Shown here: positions 11,578-24,117 of the stretch, piece by piece
How positions within the stretch are numbered: the stretch's first letter is position 1
Layout: each line of letters starts with the position of its first letter
NCBI RefSeq assembly: GCF_963506605.1
Contig: NC_083278.1
Coordinates: forward strand, 64,666,001-64,730,000
DNA length: 64,000 nt
Origin: Zootoca vivipara
Taxonomy: Eukaryota
Direction of reading: 5' to 3'
The notes under the pieces: model-generated
Told to the model about the DNA's origin: nothing
Database searches by the model: none
Seen by the model: the letters and a program-made list of their open reading frames with translations, nothing else
Program-made: the position numbers and the translations under genes

Positions 11578-13404
11578 CTAAAATCAACCATATTTAGTAG
11601 AAAAGAAATTAACAGTTTGTTACTGTTGAACTATGCCCATTTTCTTACCTCTCCAGTTTGCTGAAAATGCTTACATAATAGCATGCCATTTTTTATTTAT
11701 TAAAAAAGCATATATCAAATGTCGGTTTAAGGGTTTTATAAAAGTTATAGCACCTCAGAAGTCTGCCCTTATATTACCTCAGTTTTCTGGGAGTTGCTTG
11801 GCTACTTCCCTCTCCTGAAAAGATGTAGCATAACTTCTCAAGTGTGATTTTAAGAAGTATAGCAAGAGCAGTCTGGCAAGAAGCTACCCTGTAACACCTA
11901 CAACATTGCCAAGAGAACCTAAAAATGTTTTTAATAGGTTTATTACAATTAGGGATTGTTAGCCATTTAAAAATTTGGAACCTATGAATGCCACTCAGAG
12001 CCATTCAGATTAACTGAAGTTCTAGGGAGATGTGATTTTCCATGAAACCAAGACAAAATGTAGAGAAGCAACTCTACAAAATGTAGAGAAGAGGTTTTTG
12101 AACATGTGCATATTTCTGCATATTCCTATCTACCTACTCTGCACCTTGGTATTCAATGCAGCATTGCAGCTATTTGATGCTCACGCAGTTGCAGCAGATC
12201 TGCTCAGGCACCCTTAGGATATTAGCTTTCCATTCTCCCCCTCCCTTAAAAGACATTTGTGGATTAAGGCTGGAGTAAATATTGGAGAGCATGTGTACAA
12301 TATCTGATGAAATCTCAGACTACTCAGAGCTACTGAGCAAGGCCTTGAAATAGCTCCTGTTCACTGTTCAAGAGTTCATGGTCATTCTTACTACATTACT
12401 TTTCCATAGTAATGTAGTTCCCTCAATCTCTATTGTGCATTTCCTTTGTTCCACTTCTGTTCATTCATAGTTACAATTTTACCACTCCCTCCCACCACCA
12501 GATGTGTAACATGCTTCATTAAGAGCATCCCTGTGTGATTGTGCTCATGCCACAACTGTTCTAGAAGAGAGGGAGAATGCTTCTCAGCAAATAATGCTTG
12601 ATGTGTGGTAGCCTAAAACCCACTCTACTAACTTTTGTTGTTGTTATGCTGGATTTCCTTTCTGGGGAAATTTCAAACTTGCAAAACCCATCAGTTCCAA
12701 AGGAATATGACTGGTTTTCTTTACAACTGATGGCATACATTTTCTATCTTATTTAGGAAGACAAGTCTATTGTTAGCTGAACTGAGGCAAATTGGGCACA
12801 AGAAGCAGGGCAATATGTGAGGCTGCAAAGAATGGCTGTGCATTACGAATAATATAGCTATATACATAAACCATACATTAGGTTAAGTACATATCTGAGA
12901 AAGTCAAACAGTTGAAGATGCATGCGTATTTTTCAACTTAATCATGATTGTCTGTACCTTGTTCATAGATCAATTACATTACATCTGTTAAAGCATGCAC
13001 TGATAAACAGCATCTCACTGGAAGCAATAAAAAGGCACTAGAAGTCTTCTGAAGGAAACTTTTCTACTTGTGGGAAAGAAAGAATAAAGACTGCTAAAAA
13101 AAATTACGTAACTGGTGTTAGGAGAAAGAGAAAAGAGCAATATGGAAAGAAGCCACTCACAACAAAACAAATAGCTTATGAAATTGCATTCTCCATGATT
13201 AGTTCTGGAGCAATATTGTCTTACTAAAATGCAGCTCCTCTCTAAAGGTATTGAAAATTAACCATGAAGCAGGTAAACAAATTTATATAGATTTATTCAG
13301 CAGAAAAAGGGAAGGCATAATGAGAGGCCAAATGCAAAAAAATTATTTCGTTGCACCTGCATCACTGAACACTCTTCATTCTGAAAAGTAATGTTCCAGA
13401 GAAC

Positions 13405-13570
13405 AGAACACTGGACTTAGATCAGAAGTAATGTGGTGCGAATCTCTGTGCAGGCATGAAATCAATGGTTGACTTGAACAACTCACTAACTTTCAGCCTC
13501 AGGTTCTTGCCTATGAAATGGGAATATTAGTGAACTCTCCCACAAAGGTGTTGTGAGGATGAATCAAACT
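13405..13570 (+). mobile_element. Ancient MIR/CORE-like SINE remnant
   Basis: cagcctcaggttc...tgaaatgggaata...ggtgttgtgaggatgaat core-like motif. Confidence 0.55.
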
Positions 13571-14779
13571 TTAAAACTCTTTTGGGACTATATGATGCCA
13601 TAGATGCATTGATTTGTAGAATTTTCCAAATGAACTAGGATCTCAACAGAACCGGGCAGCACTTCTTGGGAGCAGCTCCTTGGGCTGCGGCACCAGTATG
13701 TATCAGTCCTGAAAGGCAGCAACAGTGATACATTAAGTTTTTGGTTCATTTGTATGAATAAATCTTTGGAGCAATGTGTGGAATTGAAGTGAATGTGTGA
13801 ATTGGCAAGTGACCACTGATATTTCGATTTTTGTTAACAATGATGTGAGTTGTAACATGGTTGCACCTTTAGGCCTTTTAAGAATGCTGGAATGAATAGG
13901 TGGTTTACATATTGCGGCTGCAAATCATTTTAATTGTCACGTGCAGTAGTGAAAAGTTTTTATATGCATAGCAGCCATAACATGTAAACTGGTCCTAATA
14001 TTTCCAAAACTGGACCATTAGGCCATATCCAAGTTAATGAACATGAGGCAGGAAATAGAACTTTGAGCTGAAAGTCCACTCTCCCAAATAAATGTTCATA
14101 TACTGTATAGTGAATTGTTATGTCTGAGCACAAGATTCCTGCCCCCTGACATCTCTTTGCTTTCTCCCATTTTGTAATGAAGCATCATTTTTAGCCACAA
14201 GAAAAAGAACTGGGTTTTAACTTCCGTGAGAAAAAGGCACATTTTTATATTCTCGTGCACGCAGGTTGGGAAAATATGAAGAAAAATACTTTAAAAACTG
14301 GGCAGACTTTTCTTCTAAAGGCTTCAGGCACTTTAGGATATGGCACTATTCATTTATCCTTGCCTGAGTCAAATAATTTACTATATGTGTTACTGAAGTG
14401 TATTATATTACTTCAGTTCTGTGCTCAATTAACTGTGCTTAGTTACATTAAAATTAATTGGCTTGAACATGCATAATTGGATTTATAATTACAGCTTAGC
14501 ATGGCAGTTCTAAGGTCACTTGCATGGAATTGAGTCCCACTCAGATAAATGAGAATCTGCTTCTTAGTGCAATGCATCGAGGGACAAGTTACTCTTTTCT
14601 GTATTGGTTAGTCATAGTAGTTGTTTATACTCGTTCAGTACTACATGGTAATTTCTGCTGTATGACAAACTGAGGTTTACAAAGCCAGTTGTGAATAAAC
14701 ACCGCATTTTGATAAGACAACAAAATGTACAGTTATTGTGTCAGGAAGAAAATAATACTATGACTGTTTAAGAACATAC

Positions 14780-14940
14780 TCTTCTTCAAGTGAAGCTTCC
14801 ATTTTTTTAACTTGTTCCCGGACCGACTTTGCTTGCTGTTGAAGGGTTTGCTTGTTCTTCTCACCAAGCTGTATTGCAAAAGACTTCTTGACAAGAATCT
14901 CAGCCTCCATGGCCATGGCTACTGTCTGCTTAGAAAGTGC
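14780..14940 (-). CDS. SYNE1: SYNE1 exon (~ex33) ALSKQTVAMAMEAEIL...KKMEASLEE
   Basis: 161 nt, AG/GT; read-through into the intron gives EYVLKQS*. Confidence 0.94.
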
Positions 14941-15190
14941 CTGTAAATAGGTGTGGAGTTATGAACAGAATACTGTATATTTGTGGGGAAAGCCTAGAAA
15001 TACGTTGTTAGCAACTGGTCAAGCAGTGATCATTATTCATCTTGAGTGGACACCTTCATGAAAAAAAGAACTCCCAGAACACCACTTCATAAAATTACTA
15101 CTTCAAGTATCTCTGGTTTAGATGAGGAATACCCCTAAAGAACAGATTACAAAATAGTATAGTATATAAATAGGTTTTTGAAGGGTACTA

Positions 15191-16405
15191 CCGTGTTTCC
15201 CCTTTTTTAATCCGTAGTCAGAAAGTAAGCCATAGCAGGCTTTTAAAGCATTTGTTCAATATTAAACACCCCCTGAAAATAAGCCATACCTTCACGCAGC
15301 AGCGCCGCTCGCCTTGAGGCAGCGGGACCCAGCAGCAGCGCTGTCCTTGTCCTCCCGCTGCTGTTGCTGTTGCTGCTGCTGCTGGGCCAGGTGGAGGCGA
15401 GGCCGCTGCTCGCCCCTGGGGGCTGCATGGCCCAAGGCTGAGCGGCGGCGGGAGGCCCGCGGGCGCTTCTGCACGGCTGGAGTGACGGGTGGCGGCGGGA
15501 GCGCTGCTGGCCCCTTCCGCGCCGCCGGAGCGTTGTGGGCTGCATGGCCCAAGGCAGAGCGGTGTTGCGCCACCAGGGCAACAGGCGGCGGCGGCAGCAC
15601 TGCTGGCCCCTTCTGCGCCGCCGGAGCACCCGGCGAGGAGGCCTGCCTCCCCAGCGCCCGGTACCGGCGGCTGCAGAGCGGAGCGCTCTGCCGCGCCGAG
15701 CGCTCGGAGCGCCCAGCAGCACCTTGCAGAGCGCCGAACGCTCAGAGCGCCGCAGCAGCCTGGCCTCTTCCTGCCTGCCACCCCACCGCCCGGAACCGGC
15801 AAGGAGGAGGAGAAAGGGGCGCCTGGGAAGGAGTCGGGAGGGCCCTTGCTGCATGATCCATGGGCACCCGGCTCCTTCCAAGCGCAGTGAATGCCGCGCC
15901 TCGCTTTGAGCAAGAGGCATGAAAGGGACGCGGCGGCGAGGGTGATGGCTGCGCGGGCGGCGGCTGCGTCACGTCTCCCGGCGGCCGTGGGGGCTCTCGG
16001 TGCTGCCTTGCCCGGGCCCCGCATTCCCCGGAGGCCGGCCTCATGCGGTGGGTGGAAGGCGCGCGGGTGGCCTGCCTAAGGCCGGGCGGGATCCCTCAGC
16101 CCTCCTCATCCTCATGCGTTTATTTCGCGAAACACGCCCCCCCCAAATAAAGCAGCAGGAACCTCGGAGCGGTTGGCAGGGGGTGGGATTAAAAAAACCA
16201 CGACAAAGGCATAACCGGGCGGAGCGCCGAGCCAGCGGCCTGGCCTCTTCCTGGCCATGCCGAGGAGGCCTGCCGCCCCACTGCCCGGAACCATAGGTAC
16301 CATAAAAACATAATAAAACTAAGACATCCCCTGAAAATAAGACACCATGTGGTTTTTTGAGGGGAAAAAGTTATAAGACAGTGTCTTAAAAAGGGGGAAA
16401 CACGG
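15191..16405 (+). mobile_element. Long (1215 bp) member of the CCGTGTTTC-TIR family with a GC/CpG-rich interior
   Basis: TIRs ccgtgtttccccttttt / aaaaagggggaaacacgg, TA flanks; ends homologous to the short copies. Confidence 0.85.
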
Positions 16406-16485
16406 TACTAATAACGGACTGTTGTTATTATTTATTTCCTTTATGAATCACTTCCTATGAAGTAATTCAAAATGATTTCATAATA

Positions 16486-16622
16486 CAGGGTGGCCCAAGA
16501 GTAGGTATACTTTTAAAAACAAACAAACATTTTTCTTTCCTGATACTGTGAATGATGAGAACTTGAGTCAAGAACAAAGAAAATGGATTCTAAAGCAGTA
16601 TACCTACTTTTGAGCCACCCTG
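16486..16622. mobile_element. Mariner-like MITE
   Basis: TA|cagggtggcccaagagtaggtatac...gtatacctactttttgagccaccctg|TA. Confidence 0.75.
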
Positions 16623-16694
16623 TACAATGAAACATATCTAAAGCAATGGCATATATAGAAACGGCGAAGAAAGTTATTGGCTGATATGTAATGG

Positions 16695-16890
16695 GAGGCA
16701 GTTCCAAAGGGCAGGTGCTGCCTCGATTCCAACATCATGCAGAATGGATCTTCGGATAAGAGGGTATCTATAGGATGCCCTCTCCTGCAGAGCATAGTGA
16801 TCAGTTGGGTATATAAGTGATGAGGTGAGATGCTCTTTTAGGTATCCTGGTCCTAAGCTGTATAGGGCTTTATATATCAGCACCAGAACT
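16695..16890 (-). mobile_element. Older L2-like LINE fragment
   Basis: VLVLIYKALYSLGPGYLKEHL, homologous to the L2 ORF2 C-terminus. Confidence 0.65.
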
Positions 16891-17363
16891 GGAGGTGGTA
16901 GCCTCTCTTGTTCCAATATTCTTAACTACTAAGGCCACAATTCAGTCCCACTGCCAATGCAGCAGCCACCATGCTGAAGATTGCCAAAAGTTCACAGGGC
17001 CTGTTTTCCACTACCTAAAATCCCACCCGACTGATAGATCACTAACTTGAACTGATAATCAGGGAGAAGGGAATATAGAAATTGGCATAGTCTCCCTGTT
17101 CTGTTGCATTCTGTGCACCAGTGGAGAAAGAGAGTAAAACCAGGACTCTGCTGAACCTATAGGGATTTTTCATAACAGATGCTGTGCCCAGGTTGACCAA
17201 TATTGTGATGTGTGTGTTTCTTCTTGAAAAATATACTATATAGCACATTCTCAAGTATGTTGTCCAAGGCAAAAACAAGGAAATAAAATAAGATCTATAT
17301 CCTCAGTATGATAGCAAAAGAACCAATCATGATTGTAAAATTCCAAGTAAGCAACATACATAC

Positions 17364-17504
17364 CTTTGTCTTTTCTAGTTCTGATGACAAACTCTCTAAG
17401 CTGCTAAAGCTTAAGATCCGTTCAAGGGCAGAGCTTGCATGACTAAGGTACTTTACAACCGTTTCTTTGTCTCTTTCAAACTGTTCCCATGTGCTTACTG
17501 TGAG
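17364..17504 (-). CDS. SYNE1: SYNE1 exon (~ex32) LTVSTWEQFERDKETVVKYL...SSELEKTK
   Basis: 141 nt, AG/GT. Confidence 0.94.
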
Positions 17505-18274
17505 CTACAAGAAAGAAAAAGAAGAAAAGGTTTGCCTGCAATTTACTAGCAATATTGTCAATGTTGATAATGACCTGGTTTGAAATATTAATTTTGTCTA
17601 GCTCAGATGATAATGAGTCAAACACCATTTCTCCCAATAGGTTCTTCTCCAATTCAGAATGCAAAACAAGATTCTGAACATGCAAAATCAGTCTATTTTA
17701 AATGGCCCTTCAGCACTTTATCTATTTATTTTGCTCATACTCTGTAAACACTAATCACAGCTCAGACACAGCTATGCAAAAGCCCTGTAAGGGCTCTAGG
17801 AACCCCTGCAGCATCTGAGCCACTGGCACAAGGAAGTTCCCAAGCCTTGAGAACAAGGGAGCTGTGTAATAACTGAGTTTGTCTCAGCAAGAATCATGAT
17901 CTGCATGAATTGATGCTTAGGCAAAATCTCTTTATACACACTATGTAACTCACCACCCACAACCCATGAAACTGTTAAGAGCTCCACCTTGGCACAGTTT
18001 TAACTTAAGTCCCATGGCCCGGAAGAAGGTATATAGAGTATATAAAATGAATATGCTTAATCTTCAGCTCATGCCAACAAGGAACTTTCCTAGTGCTTTG
18101 TCAGAGAAGCTCAGGGTCTGTATAACTGCCTCGCTCTGACACTTGGGAGCTATGCTCCGTGCCAACAGCTCCCTGGAGCTGGAATGTCTGTGTCTACAGA
18201 CAAGTGCAAGGTGGAGATGCTGGTGTTTCACAAGCAGAAAAAATGGCCAAGTTTAACAAGAAAATGTATTACAT

Positions 18275-18527
18275 CAGGGGTAGGCAACCTAAGGCCCGGG
18301 GGCCAGATGTGGCCCAATCGCCTTCTCAATCTGGCCCACGGACGGTCCGGGAATCAGTATGTTTTTACATGAGTAGAATGTGTGCTTTTATTTAAAATGC
18401 ATCTCTGGGTTATTTGTGGGGCATAGGAATTCATTCAGGTTTCCCCCCCCCAAAATATAGTCCCGTCCACCACATGATTTGAGGGATGGTGGACCAGTCA
18501 ACGGCTGAAAAAGGTTGCTGACCCCTG
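18275..18527. mobile_element. hAT non-autonomous element
   Basis: TIR caggggtaggcaacct / aggttgctgacccctg; 8-bp TSD tattacat. Confidence 0.88.
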
Positions 18528-18636
18528 TATTACATTGTTCAAACTCAAAACCAAAGAACTAAATATAGAGCAATTAAATCATAAACAAGGGTACTGTTTT
18601 TATTTCTCTGTGGAGTTATATGAACAACACACTGAC

Positions 18637-18813
18637 CTGCAATTGATCTTCACGTTTATCCATAGATTGCTGCATGTTTTCTAACATACTCTCCAACTTC
18701 CATAGGTCTTCTTGCACAGTGGGTGACAGACCACCTTCAATCTGTAGCTGCTTACCTCGGGTCATTTGCTGTTGCACATCTTGCCTCTTTTCATGGAGCC
18801 TCTTTGTCTTTTG
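18637..18813 (-). CDS. SYNE1: SYNE1 exon (~ex31) QKTKRLHEKRQDVQQQ...KREDQLQ
   Basis: 177 nt, AG/GT. Confidence 0.93.
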
Positions 18814-18975
18814 CTGGGAGAAAACATCGGTAAGGGCTGAAGCAGATGTAGACATACTGATTCCCTCACTACAGAAATAGCCACATACCGTAGCAATGTA
18901 TATACAACTGGCAGCGAAAGAGGTGACTATAAAAGTGCTTACTACCGAAACAAATGAAATGGGCTATTGTCCTAC

Positions 18976-19143
18976 CTGGTGATGCCGAAGGAGTTGCTGA
19001 GCCTGTAATAAGCTTTCAACCTCTAAGATTTTATCAGCTTCTGCCTGAGCTTCTTTTGAATTTGTGATCAGTTCTTCCAGATTGAATTTCACCTCTTCTG
19101 TGTGCTGGACGCAATCACCTACAGCACTCAACATTTTCTCAAT
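18976..19143 (-). CDS. SYNE1: SYNE1 exon (~ex30) IEKMLSAVGDCVQHTEEV...AQQLLRHHQ
   Basis: 168 nt, AG/GT. Confidence 0.94.
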
Positions 19144-19213
19144 CTATTGTTAGGAGAAATATTAAAACTCTGTGAAGCAGTACAGTGTCAAGAATCAATA
19201 CAGTACTTTCAAT

Positions 19214-19351
19214 CAGGGGTGAGGAACCTTTGGCCCTCCAGATGTTGCTGAACTACAACTTTCACTATTACTGGCCAGTGAACATTTATGCTGGGGCTGA
19301 TGGGAGTTGTAGTTCAGCACCAACTGCAGGGCCAAAGGTTATCCACACCTG
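19214..19351. mobile_element. hAT MITE (palindromic gccctccagatgtt family)
   Basis: Long inverted arms; 8-bp TSD ctttcaat/cttttaat. Confidence 0.8.
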
Positions 19352-20076
19352 CTTTTAATGATTCAGAAAAACCCTGAATTTTGCCAACTATTACATTTAT
19401 TATTTCTAAGTTTTTACTTTTGTGGCCACAGCTCGCTGCGAAGTAGGTATGAGTAGATTCCCTCCATTCCATTTGGTTAATGCTTTCTGAATTTGCTCTG
19501 TCTCACTTTTCCTGTTTCTAGTTCAGCTTCAGATATTTTTTAAATGAATTGCAGAAGTGGCATCATTCAATGACTCCCCCCCCCCCATACAAGTTACTAA
19601 TCCATACTAGTACATATTTTATATACAAAGTAGCAAACCCATTCTCCAAGTGGGATCCTTATGTAATCATTAATGCACATGAGGAAGGGATTAGCAGGCT
19701 CAGGGGGGAAACCTCAAGGTCTGTGGAAGTATACAAAATATATTTAGGGAGAAGAAAAAATAAGTATGTGTCTGAAGCCACCCCCCCCAAAAAAGCCCAG
19801 TGGGGGCTAAGCCTTCTCAAGCTGCATACACAAAATACATTTAAAGCACCCATCTCAAAGAACCCTGGGAACTAAAGTTTAGCCCTCACAAAGTTACAGT
19901 TCCCATGATTTGGGTGTGGGTATATGCTTCAAGTGTATGATCGTTCATATGCAACCTCAGAGGCTGCATCTTGGGATCTCATGCACCAGTTCAGTCCATA
20001 TGAGTAAGGGCATTCTTTCAGATAGCCAGGTCTCAAGCTGTTTTGGACTTTATAAGTCAGCTGACAAAAACACCCC

Positions 20077-20108
<32 letters not shown>

Positions 20109-20727
20109 CTTACACTTGGCTCGGTATCAACTTGGCAGCCAATGCTGCTCTTTGAGCAATGATATCACATATTCACAGAAGATGTTAAACTAACATTGGG
20201 AAAGGACAGACCTCTGTGGTCAAGATATAGTCAGCCAATACAACACTTGGAAACTGACCCTGTATAAAGGAGCCGAACTACTCTAACACAGTGCCCCTTA
20301 CTCCCAATTCGCAGAGCTGGTCCCGTACAATACCATGTTATCAAGAGCTGCAGAGATGTCAAGCAAGATAAACAGGGTCATGCGCCCCAATCTCTCTCCT
20401 GATAAAGGTCATAAACAAGGGCAACCAAGGCTGATTCATTCCTGAACCCACAGTGTTATGAGTCCAAATAATCCATTTCCTCCAATAGTGTCTGAAGCTG
20501 TACAGGAGTGGAATGTGCAAGGAATAGTTCTCAGAAGCCTTCAGGACCAGGATACTTTATTTTGAAAGCAGCCACACTACCACCTCTTTCAGAGCATCCC
20601 CCCCTTGAAGCAATGAAATATTCTTCATACCCTAAATCCAACCAACTCCTCACCCCAGACTCACTCAAATCAATCATGATGGGCAAGCGTAGAGAGGGCA
20701 TATAAGTACAATGAAGTGATACTATAC

Positions 20728-20892
20728 CTCTATCAACAAGGCTAAGAGGCTCTTAAAGTCACTTGAAAGTCTAGAAAGCTCATCCTCTTGCTTTTTGGCT
20801 TCATCCTCTGAAGAAACTTCAGACAGGGCAGCAAGCCTAGATTTCAACCAGCTAATTACTTCTCCTTGCTTGCAAGTTTCTTGCTGAATTTC
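20728..20892 (-). CDS. SYNE1: SYNE1 exon (~ex29) EIQQETCKQGEVISWLKSRL...LLALLIE
   Basis: 165 nt, AG/GT. Confidence 0.95.
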
Positions 20893-21036
20893 CTGAAATA
20901 TAATTAATACAGAAATTAGAAACACAAACAGTTTAGTCAACAGTTGTGGGTTGCCCTACCACTTGATTCTGTTTACCTAGGAAGTGGCAATTATCTTACA
21001 TTCTACTGTTTTTATAACCTTGTTTACATTTGCTAT

Positions 21037-21402
21037 AAAGGTAAAGGTAAGGGACCCATGGATGGTTAAGTCCAGTCAAAGGCGACTATGGGTTTGCAGC
21101 ACTCATCTCGCTTTCAGGCTGAGGGAGACAGCATTTGTCCACAGACAGCTTTCTGGGTCATGTGGCCAGCATGACTAAACCACTTCTGGCGCAACGGAAC
21201 ACCATGATGGAAACCAGAGCGCACGGAAATGCCATTCACCTTCCCGCCGCAATGGTACCTATTTATCTACTTGCACTGGCATGCTTTTGAACTGCTAGGT
21301 TGCCAGGAGCTGTGACAGAGCAACGGGAGCTCACCCCGCCGCGGGGATTCAAACCGCTGACCTTCCAATCAGCAAGCCCAAGGGGCTCAGTGGTTTATAC
21401 CA
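21037..21402 (-). mobile_element. Sauria SINE
   Basis: (AAGGTA)n tail on + strand; body homologous to 6469-6833. Confidence 0.88.
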
Positions 21403-21537
21403 TAATTCAGTGCTCTAAAAAGCCAAAAGCATAAAAGAGCTTATTTGCACTTTCAGTTTCTACCACCTGAACTCATCTTGCTAGTATTAAAAGCAAAAAC
21501 ATCTACGGTATCTTATTTTCAATAATTCTAAATATAC

Positions 21538-21646
21538 CTCTATTGATGTTTTAAAGTGATTATATTTAGTGGTATCACTGGCACCATGCTTAATCTTCTT
21601 GAGCTGGGCTTCCCTTGATGAAATCCAGCTTTCCAATTCAGAAAAT
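21538..21646 (-). CDS. SYNE1: SYNE1 exon (~ex28) FSELESWISSREAQLKKIKHGASDTTKYNHFKTSIE
   Basis: 109 nt, AG/GT, phase 2-0. Confidence 0.93.
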
Positions 21647-22328
21647 CTGAAACATAACCACATAAACGACCAACAGTCAATAAGGAAACAGCAGTAGTCA
21701 TTTATATAAATCTTAATGGAACTAAAAGAATAGAGTTTTAAGCTTACTATACCTCAAAAGGCTTCTGACTGATGACAAGGGAAATTGCCTCTGTTAAATG
21801 TTTTCAATGATTGAACATTTAAAGTTGGTGAATATACTTTGGAAACATCCTGATCCTTCTTCTCTAATGCAGAGCCTTTACTTCTCTTAGGTATGCTTTT
21901 ATATTCTGTGTTACTGTATATATGTAAGATTTGAAAAAATTTCCTCTACTCCAGAGGAGTATTGTTGTATATTAGGGTATCATCTAGGGCCCTAGGACTC
22001 TAAAAGCCCTATGCAAAAGTTCAGTTTAGGACTTCTAAGGAAGGGAGGGAGAGGGAAAGGGAAAGGGAGAGAAGGAAGAGGGCAGGCAAAAGAGAGAAAT
22101 AGAAGGGAAGCTTATGAAGTTTTGGCTCCAGCCCTGCCTACTGTGGGCACACAGCTGCCCATATATTTCTCCTACAGGAGTGAAGCCCTAGAAAGAAAAA
22201 AAGGTTGCCCTCTCAATATTTGTATACTGGTATTTATTTAGGCATAACAAAACGATGAGCGAGAGTGCTTTTCTAATTATCTCCACCAAGGTTTTATTAC
22301 GTCTTTACCACTGTCAGACAAATAGTAC

Positions 22329-22537
22329 CTGTCCTTGTAGTCTTTCCATTTATCTGGGTGATTCATTAGTTTCATGTAGGTGCTGGCAACCAGGGATTTA
22401 AGTTCACTGAGGCCTTTCTGGCTACTTTGTGATGTTGTTCTAAGTGGATCCGATTCAGGCAGTTTCAAGCATAATTCATTAATCAGATGCAATCTTTTCT
22501 CACATAGCTGTAAGGAGCCTTTCTCACCAAAGAACAA
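22329..22537 (-). CDS. SYNE1: SYNE1 exon (~ex27) LFFGEKGSLQLCEKRL...HPDKWKDYKDR
   Basis: 209 nt, AG/GT. Confidence 0.95.
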
Positions 22538-23390
22538 CTGAAGGCAGAAAATGAAAATGATTGCTAACTCCATTGATATATTTTATGTAATATACCTTCC
22601 ATTGCGGGTATTTGCACGTCTATGGAAGATAAAACTGACACATGGAGTTATAAAACCTAAAGGTCAAGTCACAGTCATTAATAATTTAAAGTCTGAGAAG
22701 TTAAGGTTGAAATCCTAAGCACACTAACTATGGAACTAGCTTGATACTGGGAAATGCACAGGGTTGCACTGTATTTCTGTGGTAATATTTTGAGCCCAGT
22801 TCACATGGCAAACTTACATGCTGTTGATTCTGAATGACTGCTTTTTCACATAAATAAGCTCACACATAACCTCATACGTTCTCACATAAGTATTTAAAAT
22901 CTTGCAGGTACATTTCAATTTTTAAAAAGATATGACAGTGCACTTGTGAGAAGACATACACCTTCTCTCCAGCTTGTGCCACCATTGCAAGGAATCCAGC
23001 CCTCAAACTGCCACAAGGTGTTGTTTTTTATACATTAGTTTTTCTCTCCTCATGATTATTACAATTACTATTGAGATTCTATATATCAAAGTACTTAATG
23101 GGCAGCCCCCCCCCATATGATCACTGTTGACTAGGCACTAGTAATTTCAATTAAATTTTTTTATAATCACTAAACTATACAAATACCCTTGGATCATAAT
23201 CCTAGTTGGAGAATCCTATCCATTTGACTGTGGAAGTTGAAATCATATAGGGTTTATTTCAACACAAGCATATCTTGAACAGGAATGTAAGGATCATGTC
23301 GCTAATCTTCGGAAGCACATTGCGTCCTTCATAATTCTCAGGTAATTGTACAAGCACATATGTGGGAATTTCTACATATTTCAGGCTTAC

Positions 23391-23549
23391 CTTGTGCTCT
23401 CTAATTATCTTCTCACTGCTCTCCTTGGACACCAGCTCTTGCTGTCGAGCTAGTTCAGCATGACATTCTTGCACGGTTGCTAGGAATTTGCTCTTTTCCA
23501 CTTCTATCTTCAAGCGAAGTAAATGGTATGGGGCTTCTGACTGGGCATC
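23391..23549 (-). CDS. SYNE1: SYNE1 exon (~ex26) DAQSEAPYHLLRLKIEVEK...KIIREHK
   Basis: 159 nt, AG/GT. Confidence 0.95.
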
Positions 23550-23634
23550 CTGCACTCCATAAACGGTGGGAGGGGAAAGAGGAAGTTAACATGATACTCA
23601 TTTCCAAAGCAATTCTTCTTTTAGCCAACTATGT

Positions 23635-24117
23635 TAAACAACAATTGATGACCACCTCCTACTGGTCCACAATAGAAAGTGTCCTCTCATATTGTATCAC
23701 AGTGTACGTTGGCTTGACAACCATGGATAGAAAATATTTACAGAGGGTGGTGAACACAGCCCATGATATCATGAGCTGTCCCCTGAGCCCGCAAGATGAC
23801 ATTGCAAGGGATTGTTGCCTTAGGAGAGCGAGAAAAATTCTCAGGGACGATTCACACCCCGGCCAGCACCTCTTTAATCTTCTACCATCGGGCAGGAGAT
23901 ATAGAAGTATAACAGTCGTACCAACAGGCTAAAAAACAGTTTCTCTCCGGGGCTGTTAGGCTGCTGAATGGAAAATAATATAGTGCAACTGACTTTCGGG
24001 GTTGGTGTGCTGTGCGACAAGCACACAGAGTGCAATGAGATTGAGTGTTTGTGGGGGGGGGAGGCTTGTTTAACTTCATTGTACACAGGTTGTACATTGA
24101 CAATAAAGGTATTATTA
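23635..24117 (+). mobile_element. Rex1/Babar-clade LINE 3' fragment
   Basis: STIESVLSYCIT...LQRVVNTA...ILRDDSHPGQHLFNLLPSGRRYRSI; ends in AATAAA plus (TAT)n. Confidence 0.85.

Noticed and set aside
15218-16303. Several overlapping 60-270 aa Ala/Arg/Pro/Gly-rich ORFs, including a polyQ/polyC frame
   Set aside because: Expected from stop-codon scarcity in very GC-rich DNA inside a TIR element; no recognisable domain.
20140-20500. LTR-like composition (TATAAA, repeated ataaaca-ggg motifs)
   Set aside because: Could not define TG...CA termini or a TSD.
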